Assembly: GCF_006345805.1 (NCBI RefSeq) | Contig: NC_042999.1 | Coordinates: 34,906,001 to 34,970,000 of the forward strand | DNA length: 64,000 bases | Direction of reading: 5' to 3' | Origin: Octopus sinensis | Taxonomy: Eukaryota | Made by a program: the position numbers and the translations under genes | The notes under the pieces: generated by a model | What the model saw: only the letters and a program-made list of their open reading frames with translations | Database searches by the model: none | What the model was told of the DNA's origin: nothing | Shown: piece after piece, positions 37,327 to 50,369 of the stretch | Numbering within the stretch: position 1 is the stretch's first letter | Layout: the number at the start of each line of letters is the position of its first letter

Positions 37327-37397
<71 letters not shown>

Positions 37398-37575
37398 ATA
37401 TATACATATATATATATTGTATATATATATACATATATATATGTATGTATATATATATGTATGTATATATATATGTATATATATATATGTTTATATATAC
37501 ATATACATATATATATATATGTATGTATATATATACATATATATACCTACATATATATATACGTATATATATACA

Positions 37576-37608
<33 letters not shown>

Positions 37609-37613
37609 CATGA

Positions 37614-37870
37614 GGAAGCGCGTAGCTTAGTGGTTAGAGTGTCAGCACCATGATCGTAAGATTGTGGTTTCGATTTCTGGACCGGGCGACGCATAGTGTT
37701 CTTGAGCAAAACACTTCATTTCACGGTGCTCCAGTCCACTCAGCTGGCAAAAATGAGTAACGCTGCGATGGACTGGCGTCCCGTCCAGCTGGGGAACACA
37801 TACGCCATTCAAACTAGGTAACCGGGCCCGTGAGCCTGGCTAGGCTTTAAAAAGACGCATTTATTTATTT
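37614..37870 (+). mobile_element. SINE family C, diverged copy inverted relative to copies 1-2
   Basis: GCGTAGCTTAGTGGTTAGAG..GGTTTCGATTTC..GCGATGGACTGGCGTCCCGTCCAG. Confidence 0.85.
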
Positions 37871-37899
37871 ATATATACACACAAAAAAAATAACAACGC

Positions 37900-39790
37900 G
37901 AGGACGTGGTACATTTAAATTATTAGCAGACGCTCAGGAAAGGAAAGACAGATGGTTTAACGTTTCGCGCAGACGCTCTTCTTCGGAAACAGAGGAATGA
38001 CCAATATAAGGGAAGATGGAAGAAGAAAGTCGCCAACGGTTCACATGTAGTTACATTTTGAAATGATCGCGAGGGAATGGGTGAAGAAAAAGTTCTTTCT
38101 AAGACAGGAGAGTGTAAGAGAAGGATGTATGTGTGTGTGGGTGTTATGTGCAAGTCTCTGTATGCGTGTAATAGCACGTGTGTGCGTATGTATGTGGATG
38201 TGTGGTGTGTGTGTGGTTTTAGCTGTTTATATGTGTATAAGTAAATTTTGTGTCGCTTAATGTTCTAGCAGGAGGGGCAGTTTGAAGTATGTGCGCGTAT
38301 ATGTACGTGTGTGCGCGTATATGTACGTGTGTGCGTGTATGTATATGTTGTGTGTGTATTCTGTGCGTAGTGTGTGCATGCGTTTGTGTGGGTGCGTGTG
38401 TGTATGTGTGAATGTGTATATGTGTGTGCGTGGGGTTGTGTGTGTTGAATATATGGAGTATATGTGCGTTCCTCTCCATGTGTGTGGGCGTGCGTGTGCA
38501 TCCGTGTGTGTGTGCGTGTGTGTGTATATGCCCACGTACGTGTAATTTCATTCGTGTATGCATGAGTGTATTATGTGTGTGGGGGGTGAATTCACATGGA
38601 TGTGCGTGTGTGCGTGTTCATATGTGTGTGCACGTATTTGTATGTATGTGTGTGCGTGCATGTACTTGTATGTGGGGGGGTTGTGTTATTTGAAGGTATA
38701 TGTGCGTTCTTGTGTGCGTGCGTCTGTGTGTGCGCGCATGTGTGAGTGTGTGTGCGTGTATATGTGCGTGTGTGTGTGTGGATGTATGTGTGTGTATGTA
38801 GGCGCATGTGCGTTGTGTGTATGTGTGGTATGTGTGGGAGGTATATGTCCGTTCTTGTATGTGCGCGGGAGCGTGTATCTTTTCGTGTTTGTGCATATGT
38901 GTGTGTGTGTATGTAAGTGTACGTGTATATAGAAATAAAATAAAATATAAAATAAGATTAATAAAAAAGGGGGAAGGGTACAAGAAATAAAAAAAATACA
39001 AAAATTAGCAGATGCAAGACAAAAAATAAGAAATTAAATAATAAAAATTATTGGGATAAAATAGAAATTGATACAATTATAAAAAAAAAGAAAGTAATAC
39101 AATTATAAAAAATAACGCAATATAAAGTTAATACGACGGAGAGAAAATTATAAGAAAATGATAAAAATTCGAGAAGGGATAACAGTGTAAAATAGTAAGT
39201 GGTTATAAGGGAGGATAAAATATCATGAACTAAACTAAAATAAAATAAATAGAATAAAATGTTGCTCTTTTTAAGGAGTTTGTAGAGATAGTCTTTAAGC
39301 AGAGTGGGCTGTGTTGAGTCCGAGGGAATTTGTGTTTGTAGACTGAAAATGTAACGCTGTTCCAGGCGGAGACGTGAGTATTGATACGTGGTGCAGGGTG
39401 AGGCCAAAGACATATATTAGAGGGGGAGTGTTTGGCCAAGCGGAAATGCCGGGGACGGGGGTGTCCGTGAGTAGCTGAACATCTCTGCGATGTTCGGTGA
39501 ACCGGTCGGCCAGCCGACTGCCCGTCTGACCTATGTAGCGTTTAATTCAGAGATAAGGTTTGAGGAGAAACAGGAGAAGGAGTTTCCAATGTGAAGAGTG
39601 TGCTGGTAGGAACCAGTGAGGGAGGTGGTGTTGGTGATGAAAGGGCAGGTGGGATCTAGAGCAAGGGAAGGATCCGGGTGGGGCTGGGGGTAAGAGGATA
39701 AGGTGCTACGGACCAGTAGATCACGTAGGTTTCGGGCGCATTTAAAGGACAAGGGTGGGTTTGGGAAAATGGGGTGGGTGGTGGTATCTA
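37900..39790 (-). mobile_element. Penelope-like element 3' part: GIY-YIG relic (39300-39790), T-rich/CA-rich 3' region, pLTR with hammerhead-like motif (37956-37989)
   Basis: FKCARNLRDLLVRS, NSFSCFSSNLI, YIGQTGSRLADRFTEHRRDV, RLRLEQRYIFSLQTQIP; minus-strand TTT-CCGAAGA-A-GAGC-GTCT-GCGC-GAAA-CG-TT-AAA. That these are one element is inferred. Confidence 0.75.
38120..38930. repeat. Cryptic (GT)-rich low-complexity tract
   Basis: Degenerate GT/GC/AT alternating purine-pyrimidine repeats. Confidence 0.8.
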
Positions 39791-40511
39791 GCTGGAGACG
39801 ACGGTAGGCTTAAGCGCGAACTGTCGATGACAGTCGTGCACTGAGGTCGAGAGTATCGATTAACCCAGTCCAATCAGAAATTTCAGCCCTTCTGCCTATA
39901 CTACACAAACGGTAGTGGATTTGCAGAATTGCTAAAAAATGTTGCGTGCTATTTGTACTGCCTCTTAAAGATTTAATTCTAAATTCCACCGTGATCAACT
40001 TTGCCTTTCATCCTACTGGATGAGGTAAAATAAAAACGGTCAAGACCAGTCTCCACCCGCAAATTTATGGTCATGTGCCGATGCTGAAACAATTATTTGA
40101 ACGTACTTGGATGATTATAATGTAATAATTTTCTTACGTTTTCTTCGCAATTAATGTAAGAAAGAATGTAAGAATGTAGAAAGAGGAAATTGACGGATTA
40201 AACGTTTTGACTGAAATTTCTGATTGGACTGGGTTAATCGATATTATCGACTTCAGTACTCGACTGTCATCGACAGTTCACTCTTAAGCCTTCCGTCGTC
40301 TCCAAGCTAGATACCATCACCCACCCTTGTCCTTTAAACGCGCCCGAAACCTACGTGATCTACTGGTCCGTAGCACCTTATCCTCTTACCTCCAGCCCCA
40401 CCCAGATCCTTCCCTTGCTCTAGGTCCCATCTGCCCTTTCATAACCAACACCACCTCCCTCATTGATTCCAACTAGTACACTCCTAACATTAGAAACTCC
40501 TTCTCCTGTTT
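39568..40511. repeat. Inverted duplication (arms 39568-39886 and 40211-40511)
   Basis: CTGAAATTTCTGATTGGACTGGGTTAATCGATA..TTAAGCCT.CCGTCGTCTCC present in both orientations; about 320-nt spacer. Confidence 0.92.
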
Positions 40512-42687
40512 GCTATTTTTATACCTGTCTGCCAAAAACATTTGAAGTCGGCTTCGGCATTATTTTCCCGATCTTCAATGTAATAATAACCGGTAGCAAT
40601 ACACTTGGCTTGATTTAATAATCACCAGTAGTAACACATTAGGTTTTGTATAATAATTATCAGTAACAATAAAGTAATTTAATGTAATGATCACCAATAA
40701 AAATTCAGTAGGTTTGTTATAATAATTACCAGTCGCAATACACTAGAATCGACCAAGTTGTTTCATATTTCACTTTACTAATATTATTCCAATATAATAT
40801 TTCAGTAATTAGAGAACAAAGGAGAGAAGTAGCCATAAAACATGAGGGAACTGTCTTAAGTGTCTTCATATAATAATGTTAATCACTTACGTTCTAAGAT
40901 CAAATTTGATTAGGGAATAATGAAAAGGATACTACTAATAAAGATTGTTGATCCAATAGTGATATATTTCGCTTCTACAAAATACACCAGTCAAATAGAG
41001 TATAAATTTAATAGAACTACATATCACCTCTAGAAAATCTACCAATAATAGAGTGGATTGCTTCACCTTTCAAAATGTTACTTTATAACTTTTCTCAAAG
41101 AATCACTAAATAACAAGCTTCACCTTATGGAATTTACTAACGTATTAGAAATTCTTTTATTGCATAAATCATATTTATCCTTAACAATTGTGAGGTGTTC
41201 ACAATACGACACTGATTCGGTATGGTTCAATGGCCTGCATCTTCTATTAATCCTGCTTGAGTAAATACTCTCAAAAATAATTGAAAGTGGATCATGAAAT
41301 AATTTACAAATTATTTGCCTTCTTGGTTCAAATCGTGACATAGTCAACTTTACCTTTCATTCTTCTTAGGCCGATAAAAATAAGCTCCTGCCAAGTTTTG
41401 CCTTGACTTCTCTCTCTCTCTCTCTCTCTCACCTTCCCTCTCTCACTTGTTCAGAATTGTCTGTGCTGTGAAAATAATATGAACTAACCACTCTCAGTAC
41501 CCCTTCCTCCAAATCAGCAACATTAACTCTATTGCAGTAGTAAAATGTGACACTATTTTAAATAAAATAGCCTTTTAATAGAAATTTCTACATAATTTGA
41601 TGTAAGAATGTTTGATACTCAAAGTAGGCGTATCATCTGCTATACACATAAATTTAAATTTTTAAGCGCCGCCAATCCTATTATAACTCTATTAGAGCTA
41701 CTCACACACTTGTTTTCTATGTTCTTAACATTTAACTGTAATAAGAACTTCCCAAATCTCATCGATACGTATTCACCAAAGAACGAAACACTTTCATACG
41801 GCTATTATCTTATTATATCAGGAATATACTCAACAATGTCTGAAAGTGTCGTCATTATGGAATGTGGATGTTAACATATCTCTATTCTTGTTAAAATTCA
41901 ATTTATTATTGATGTTCAAATAAAATTATTATCTAAAGGCAGCTGAAGTATTTTATTGCTAAAGTTTAAAAGAAATTATTTCTTATTCCTATATAATAGT
42001 GTAAGTTATAAATCAAATTAATGCATTCTGAGCCATCAATGAAGTAGAAGAATTATCACATATCTTATTCTATGATATATAAATAGTCTGCTACCTTTCC
42101 ATTAATTTTCTTATGTACATTCAGCACAAAGCGTTGCATTCAGCACAAAGATTAATTCAAAAAATGTGATTAAACAAGCATTACATTAGTATTAAACGGA
42201 AATACGTTAAATAGTTCTTTCTTTTAGTAAAACTTAAATTATGCAATGAGTAATTATTGTATTTGATCCCTTGTCTCTAGTTCGTGTATTGCTTAAACTA
42301 ATCAAATGGTGAGGTTAATTCTTTAAAGTCAACAGGCAAACAGAAGGGAAAATAACTATGAATCATTAAGAAAAAACAAATGAACGTTAGTCTGTAATTT
42401 TCAATAAACCTGTTATATAATTAGTATTCGGGCAAGTTATTGTTACTTCATTATTTCTCCTCCGAAAAGGTCATATTATTTTTAATGTTTGTTGAAATAC
42501 ATGATAGTGTTTTATACAAAGTGCTATTAGTGGATTTGCAATTTTTTCCAGATAAAGCCTTTATTATAAAAATAACTGTGAGTATCTGAAGGTTCTTTCA
42601 GTTCTTTCCCCATTCCAAATATAAACAAGTTAAATGTATTGGCGATTAATTATCTTAAAAGGTTATAAGAAAATAAATTTGCAAAAC

Positions 42688-42852
42688 CTTTGGACAGGAG
42701 GATAGCATGTTTTGTAGTTTTAGTTTCATTTTCAATGTTCTCAAAATCGCATTGATATCTAGAGAAGTTTCAACTAGCCAAACGCGGGACATGTATGCGT
42801 TTGCACTAGCTTCTAGAAAAGAGTTGTCAGTCTCATCCAGATAACCTATAGT
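42688..42852 (-). CDS. Candidate internal coding exon of an unidentified host gene (55 codons, phase 0-0)
   Basis: Acceptor TTGTTTTCATTTTACAAG|, donor AAG|GTTTTG, 165 nt open frame TIGYLDETDNSFLEASANAYMSRVWLVETSLDINAILRTLKMKLKLQNMLSSCPK in non-repetitive DNA; product not recognised. Confidence 0.4.
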
Positions 42853-42957
42853 CTTGTAAAATGAAAACAAGCTGAATACTATAGTCTAATGACGATGATG
42901 ATCCCAACTTGAATGGTACAATGAATTAATTACTCAGTAAACGATGAAATTGAGTTA

Positions 42958-43462
42958 CCGTAAATCCTCGAGTATAGTCCGCCCTTGAGTATAATACGCA
43001 AGGAAAATTTAGGGGGCTGTACCTCTGAAAAACCTAAACCTTGTGTATAATACGCACCCCTTCTCTAACTTGAGTCAAGGAGGTCTATATAATATCCTTG
43101 GTTTGTGAAACCTTTATCATTATTATATATATAACATAATGCAAAGTGTAGCTTTTTTGTGTGCATTTTGTTTGCAGAAAATAAAGAAATAACAGTAATA
43201 ACAATAATAACGTTTAATAAATGTTCCTTACTGCAAGTTATGGGTGATTCTTTTATGACTTCATTGCTTTCAGGCTTAGCTTAAGGTATTTTCGCGCCCG
43301 ACATCACAAAATGCGTCTGAATAAACAATGCCGGACAGCAAATAGAGACTCGGACATTGCTTAGAAAATAATTTTCATTTTTAACCTCGTATATAGTACG
43401 TACTAGGGATTTTGCCCTTTAAATTTTTGGGGGAAATGCGGATTATACACGAGGATTTACGG
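42958..43462. mobile_element. TA-flanked MITE, Tc2/pogo-like TIR
   Basis: TA|CCGTAAATCCTCGAGTATA ... TATACACGAGGATTTACGG|TA. Confidence 0.85.
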
Positions 43463-44289
43463 TAAGTAATAGCCACAATAGTAACATCAAGTATTTAGAA
43501 GACGAACACCAGCAACATGACTCATTCTTTCTATCTCTATATATAAAACTGAAATGCGTTTTTACCGCTTGGATCGCTTTCAATGCCACTACATCCCGTC
43601 CGATTCGCTCCAAAATTTACAGGGACATGTAGAATGAGGTGACGATGCTCGTGGGCAAGGTGTGGTTGCTAGGGACCATCTTCCTCACTCACCTTATTTC
43701 CTCCACTACCCTCTCACTCCTCTTCATTTGACAATGCCACTACCGTTATTTAATGTAAAGTCTTCTTCAAATCACTCTCTCGCTATTTCCTCTCTTCCAA
43801 GAACATTTTCACTCACTCTATCTCTTAGCTTCCTATACATTTTACTCATGTATCTATCTGCGTTCATAGACAGAAACAAATATTACATCGCCATCGCCAT
43901 CGCCATCGCATTCTATTGTCTACCTGTCAACACACACACATACATATATACATATATCTAATATTATATTTTTATTTTTATGTTTTTGTTTTTTACTGTT
44001 TCATTTCCCTATTAGTAGTTTGATCTCTAATTTAATTTCTACAGCGTGCACACACACACACACCACACACACACACACACACACACCTATATGTGGCCCC
44101 AGTAGGCCCGAATGAAATCGGGTTCTCTTCATCAAAATGTAAAAAGGGGTCTACAATTATCATCGCCACAACTTATGTTTTTCCTAATGATAATAATCAT
44201 CGCCACCACCAACACACAATCATGACAATCTTTCTCTTAAAACAAATCATGTTTACATTGCAAAATATTACATTTTCCCGTCCTCTCTT

Positions 44290-46592
44290 TCATATATGTG
44301 ACCCAGATTTGGGTGGCCGCACAGCTACAATTAGACAACGGCTAAAAACATTCGATGTTGATAATGCCTGGATCGTTCCATTCAGCCCTTTGCTTTCCAA
44401 AACATTTAATGCACACATTAATGTTGAGTACTGCAGTTTGGTGAGATGCATACAATACCTCTGCAAGTACATTAATAAGGGCGATGATATGGCCGTGTTT
44501 GTGTTCAGTGATGAAGACCTTAGACATGACGAAATTAAACAATTCGGTTTGGGTAGGTATATATCCTCCAATTATGCAGCGTAGCGCATTTTTGGATACG
44601 AGATTCATCTAAGCTCACCATTAGTTTTTCACCTGAATGTTCATTTACAGAAGAGACAGCTGGTTTACTTCACAGAGAAAAATGCACGTCAAGTCATTGA
44701 AAATTCAAAAGGGACTACGCTTACAGCATTTTTTAAATTGTGTTCAGTTGATGAGTTTGCTGCTACTCTCATTTACCCTGAAGTACCGGAATATTACACA
44801 TACAACAACAATAATTGGAAGCGCAGGTCACATGGAACAGAACTTGACAATTGGCCCGGTGTTTCTAGGAAGAACGTCATTGGACGTATGTATAATATTC
44901 ATCCTACCAAACAGGAAATCTTTTTGAGAATGCTACTTCATGTAGTTACTGGACCGAAGTCTTTTGCTGATCTTCGCACAGTTGATGGTATCATCTGCGC
45001 CACTTACAGGGAAGCATGTTTGAGGCGCGGACTTCTCAATGACGACCACTTTCACAGGACATTAGCAGAGGCCTCAAATTGTAAACTGCCATGGCAAATG
45101 CGTCGATTGTTATGTAGCATATTAATCCACTGTAATCCCAGCAACTCTCTTAACCTTTGGGAATCGTTCAGACAGAGCCTATCAAGGGACATACAGGCTA
45201 ATTTAGCGCTACGTGATGGCAACGACGATGTTTATAATGAGGCATTAATCGACATGGCCAGACACATCAGACGCTATGTTATACGCGGTTTAAGTGAATT
45301 CCATCTGCCAACACCTGTCCATCATGAAGCGCCTTTGGATGTTGAATACATGTCAGAAAAAAACTACAACATTGCCGAATTGACGGAAACAATTACGCGA
45401 GATGAACCAATACTTTTGCCTGAACAAAGAGAGATTTATAATGAAATTATTGACAGCGTTAGATTGAACCAAGGAAAGCTTTTCTTTTTGAATGCTCCAG
45501 GTGGTACTGGTAAAACTTTCGTTATTAATTTGATTCTCGCAAAGCTGCGCGCTGAACGTCGAATTGCCATTGCATGTGCCTCAAGTGGTATTGCAGCGAC
45601 ACTGCTTCAAGGCGGCCGTACGGCACATAGTGCATTCAAATTGCTCATGGACATTGGAAAGAAAGATAATCCTATATGTAATATAGATCGTAGTTCCTCA
45701 AGAGCAAGACTTCTTCGTGAATGCAGTCTTTTTATTTGGGATGAGGCAAACATGAGTAATAAGGCCATGTTTGAGGCTCTTGACAGAACTCTCCAAGATT
45801 TGCGTCACAATACAAAAATAATGGGTGGAGCTACGTTTCTCATGGCAGGAGATTTTCGACAAACTCTTCCTGTTGTCCGAGCAGGCACTAGAGCCGATGA
45901 GGTTAATGCATGTATAAAGCATTCTTATGTGTGGCGCAGTGTTATCAGTCGCCATCTTCAAACAAACATGTGAGTCCACCTACATGGTGATGTGGAGTCT
46001 GAGGCTTTCGCAAAACACCTATTAGATCTTGGTGATGGAGTTTTGCCTTTCGGTGATGATGAGCATATTCGGTTGCCTTTTGGGAATTTCGTTCCAAATG
46101 TAGAAGAACTTATAAGAGCCGTTTTACCTGACGTCGAAACCAACTTCCAGGATCTCGATTGGCTAAGAGCAAGAGCTATTCTATCGCCTCATAATACAAC
46201 AGCTCATGCTACAAATAAACAAGTACTGATATGAATCCTGGTGAGATAGTTTCTCTCATGTCCATCGATACAAATAAAGATGAGAATGATGCAGTCAAAT
46301 ATCCACCCGAGCTACTCAACAAGCTAACACCTCCGAGACTTCCACCTCATCATTTGTGTTTGAAAGTTGGTGCTCCAATCATGGTGCTCAGAAATATGGA
46401 AACGCCTGAAATATGCAATGGAACCCGAATGGTTATTAGGAGGATTCAAAGCCATGTTATAACTGCTGAAATTTTGACTGGACCATTTGTCGGAACAATC
46501 AAAATGATACATAAAATGAGTATTTCACCCTCTGATGTTCCTATTCAGTTTAAACGCTTTCAATTTCCGATAAAACTATGCTTCGCGATGAC
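44290..46592 (+). pseudogene. Helitron Rep(C-terminal)-PIF1 helicase relic
   Basis: DNAWIVPFSPLLSKTFNAHINVEYC..YLCKYINKG (Rep motif 3), GPKSFADLRTVDG, APGGTGKT (Walker A), ASSGIAATLLQGGRTAHS, FIWDEANM, GDFRQTLPV, CNGTRM, KRFQFPIKLCFAMT; stops and frameshifts; no upstream HUH motif. Confidence 0.93.
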
Positions 46593-48831
46593 AAGAGTGA
46601 TCATGCAGTCCTGAAGTTCGTCATGCACACAACTTTTTCCCCGCCCACGATTACTTCGCTGCCACGTAGAGTCTTCTCTGCAATTAATCTTGAAATTCTA
46701 ACCGAGGCTTCCGCGCTTCTGGACTGGCGTTCCCTGATGACGTTGTCCTCAGTTGACGAACTATGGTCATCCCTCAAAGCATATGTAATCTGTTTGACTG
46801 ACCAGGCAGTTCCCGTTGGACTTCCCAAGAGGAAGAAACACAAGCCCTGGGTGACGAAGAAGGTTAAACGAGAACGTCGACTCAGAGATATTGCTTGGGC
46901 TGAATTCAAAAATCTGGATTCGACTGCAGCTTTTGAGGTGTACAAAACTCAACGAGACCGAGCCGTGAAAATTGAAAAGAAAGAACGCTTCAGTTATGAA
47001 TACAAAATCGCGGCAAATGCCAGTAGCAATCCAAAAACCTTCTTTGCCCATGTCCAGCGGAATTCCCGCTTGAACAACCAGATTGCAACGTTGGTAGACT
47101 CAACAGGCGTATCGATTGAGGACCCTTATCAACAGAGTCAATTATTTGCCGAGGCTTTTTCAACTATTTTCAAACAAGATGATGGTCGTGAACCCCCTCC
47201 ATTTGATAGATCGGTACCTCCAATGCTTCGATTGATCATCACGCGGGACCAAGTCAAACGTGTTATTCAGGGCCTCGATGTCAACAAGGGTCACGGCCCT
47301 GACGGCATACACCCACGGGTTATCAAAGCGTTGGCTCCGGTCATCTGCGAGCCCTTAACACGACTATTCAATATGTCATTGGCGACGGGTGTTATACCTG
47401 CAGACTGGAGAACAGCGATAATCTGCCCAATTTTCAAGAAAGGGAGCCGCGAAGACCCGCTTAACTACCGACCGGTTTCCCTTACATCAATAATCAGCAA
47501 GATGTTCGAAACCATCCTTAAGAAAAGTATGATGCTCCACCTCCTAAACACAGCCTCGATCACTGATTCCCAACACGGCTTCGTGCCGAAGAGATCATGC
47601 TTGACCAACTTACTAGTAATGGAAGAATTGGTGACGCGCATCCTCGATGATAGTGATGCTGTTGACATCGTTTTATTGGACTTTGCCAAAGCTTTTGACT
47701 CGGTAAACCACCGCCTACTACTTGTCAAGCTTCAAGCATATAGTTTCCATCCGGATATTGTACGATGGGTTGGTGCCTTCCTCACAGATCGCTCCTTCCA
47801 AGTTCAAGTTAATGGTTCGCGGTCCGACGTCTCCAGTGCGAGCAGTGGCGTGCCTCAAGGTTCAGTGCTTGGGCCCTTGTTGTTCTTGGTCTTCATAAAT
47901 GACTTGCCCGACGACCTCACGCAACACACCCTTCTATTTGCCGACGATATCAAACTGGTCGCTCCTCGCGGTAGTATAGAGGATCTTCGTCGATGCCTCC
48001 ACCAAATCTGGAAGTGGTCTAACGATTGGGACCTGTGTCTGAACGTGTCAAAGTGCTGTCATCTGCCTGTCGGCTCTACTCCTGCAACTCAACTTGATTT
48101 CGAGCCGGGTCGTCTGCTGCTGGAGAGGACCGATCAGGTAAAGGACCTGGGTATCTTGGTGGATTCCTCCTTTTCGCCTTCGGCCCAGTGCGTCCATGCT
48201 GCCAACAAAGCGCGCGGAATTCTGTTTTTGATTCGACGGTCATTCGGAATGCTCGCAGCAGCCATATTCCTGCCACTCTATGTCACGCTGGTGAGACCCA
48301 TATTGGAGTATGGGATTCAAGCCGTCTTCTCCTTATCTCCTCAAAGACATACAGCACCTCGAAAGAGTCCAGAGGTTGGCTACCCGCATGGTTCATGGTC
48401 TCAAAAATTTGTCCTACGAAGAAAGGCTGAGGACGCTCGGCATTTATTCTCTTGAAAAACGCCGCCTCCGTGGTGATCTCATTCTCGCCCACAACATCAT
48501 AAGCGGGAAGTGTAACCTCTCGAAAGAGCTGTTCTTCACTCCTGCTCCGGAGCGTCGGCTGCGGGGTCATTCCGAAAAGCTCTACCTGCGACGATTTCAT
48601 CTCAATCGAAGGAGAGGAGCTTTCTCCGTCCGGGTTGCGGATCCGTGGAACAAGCTGCCAGACGAGATGGTGAAGATGCCGACGACCGCTTTGTTCAAAG
48701 CCTCCCTGGACCTCAAGTGGCCTGCACTCTTTACATGAACACCACCCTGTACTTAACTCCATGTCCCCCTACATGGCCTTGCTATTTGCTTTTGAGCCAA
48801 ATTAACTAACTAACTAACTAACTAACTAACT
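46593..48831 (+). mobile_element. Young 5'-truncated CR1-group LINE (end of AP endonuclease plus complete RT), (AACT)n tail
   Basis: KSDHAVLKF, GPDGIHPRVIK, NYRPVSLTS, LDFAKAFDSV, GVPQGSVLGP, LFADDIK, VKDLG, LEYG; one frameshift near 48322 joins the ORF ending ..DPWNKLP..* at 48738; tail 48804-48831. Confidence 0.95.
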
Positions 48832-49148
48832 TTTCTCCCTTCCTTTCACATTCTATCTATAACGTCGTTTCACAGCGTCTACCTCCCTTACATTCACTTT
48901 CTCTTTATAACGTGGTTTCACAGCGTCCGTTATCCCCCCTCCCTGCCTTCCACAGCGCTTTCACACACTCTCACTCTCTACGTCTGTCTGCATTCATAGA
49001 GAGAATTATCATCGCCACCACCACCACTCAATCATGACAACAAATATTATGAATCAGATATTTATTGGGTTAATTTATATATGTGTGTGTATCTAAATAT
49101 AAATATGTATATATAATAATTTTTATATATTCAAAGTGCATATATCTG

Positions 49149-49186
<38 letters not shown>

Positions 49187-49444
49187 GTATACATTTATAT
49201 ATATATACCACACTCTTACCCGCGCGTAGAGCGGGTCACCTTCAGCTAGTCTTTATATAAATATTAATATGCATATACACAGATTATATATATAGGTTAT
49301 TTAACGTCATAGATTATACATGGATAAGGAAAATTAATTCAATGAGACAGCAGCAATACAGTCTAGGGGCCGCTTATTATTTAGTAATGCAATTTTTTCA
49401 TTCAGAAAGATAAATAAAGCATTTTTTTCATTAATGAAGATATT

Positions 49445-50080
49445 GGTTTCAAACTTTTGGCCAGCAATATCAAGGGAGGGGCTAAGTCGATTCAATTAAT
49501 CCCAGTGTTCAACTGATACTTATTTCATCGAATCCAAAAGGATGAAAGACAAATTCGACCTCAGCAGAGTGTGAACTCAGAACATAAACACGGACGAAGT
49601 GCCTCTAACCACTTTGTCAAGCGTGCTAACGATTTTGCCAGCTCGCCACCTTAATAATGATTTCAAATTTTGCCACAAGGGCAGTAACACTGAAGGAGGA
49701 GATGAATCGACTACATCGACCCCAGTGTTCAACTGGTACTTATTTTATCGCCCCCTAAATTATGAAAGATAATGTCAATCTCGGCGGAATTTGAACTCAG
49801 AACGTAGCGACGGGCGAAATACCGCTAAGCATTTCGCCCAGCGCGCTAACGATTCTACCAGCTCGCTGCCTTAGTTCGCCAATTTAATAATAATAGTTTC
49901 CAATTTTTGCACAAGGCCAGCACGTTCGGGTGGGACTAAGTCGATTAAATTCACCCCAGTGTTCAACAGAATTTGAACTCAGAACATGAAGACGGACTAA
50001 ATGCCGCTAAGCATTATTCCCGGTGTGCTAATGATTCTACCAGATTATTATTAGGGTGGCCCTACACTACTTTAAAATCA

Positions 50081-50133
<53 letters not shown>

Positions 50134-50369
50134 CATTATTATTATTATTATTATTATTATTTCCACTCTAGGCACAAGACTTTGAAAATTTCGGGAGAAG
50201 GGGACTAGTCGATTATATCAATCCCAGTGCGTAACTGGTACATATTTCCTTGAGCCCGAAAGGAAAGGCAAAGTCGACCTCGGCAGAATTTGAACTCAGA
50301 ACGTAACTGCAGACGAAATACCACAAAGCATTTCGCCCGACGTGCTAACAATTCTGCCAGCTCACCGCC

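Larger units (their letters stand above)
43534..49249 (+). mobile_element. Helitron with both termini, internally deleted RepHel and a nested LINE
   Basis: A|TCTCTATATATAAAA 5' end; 3' hairpin ACCCGC-GCGTAGA-GCGGGT (49218-49236), CTAG (49246-49249), then T: canonical A/T insertion site. Confidence 0.85.
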
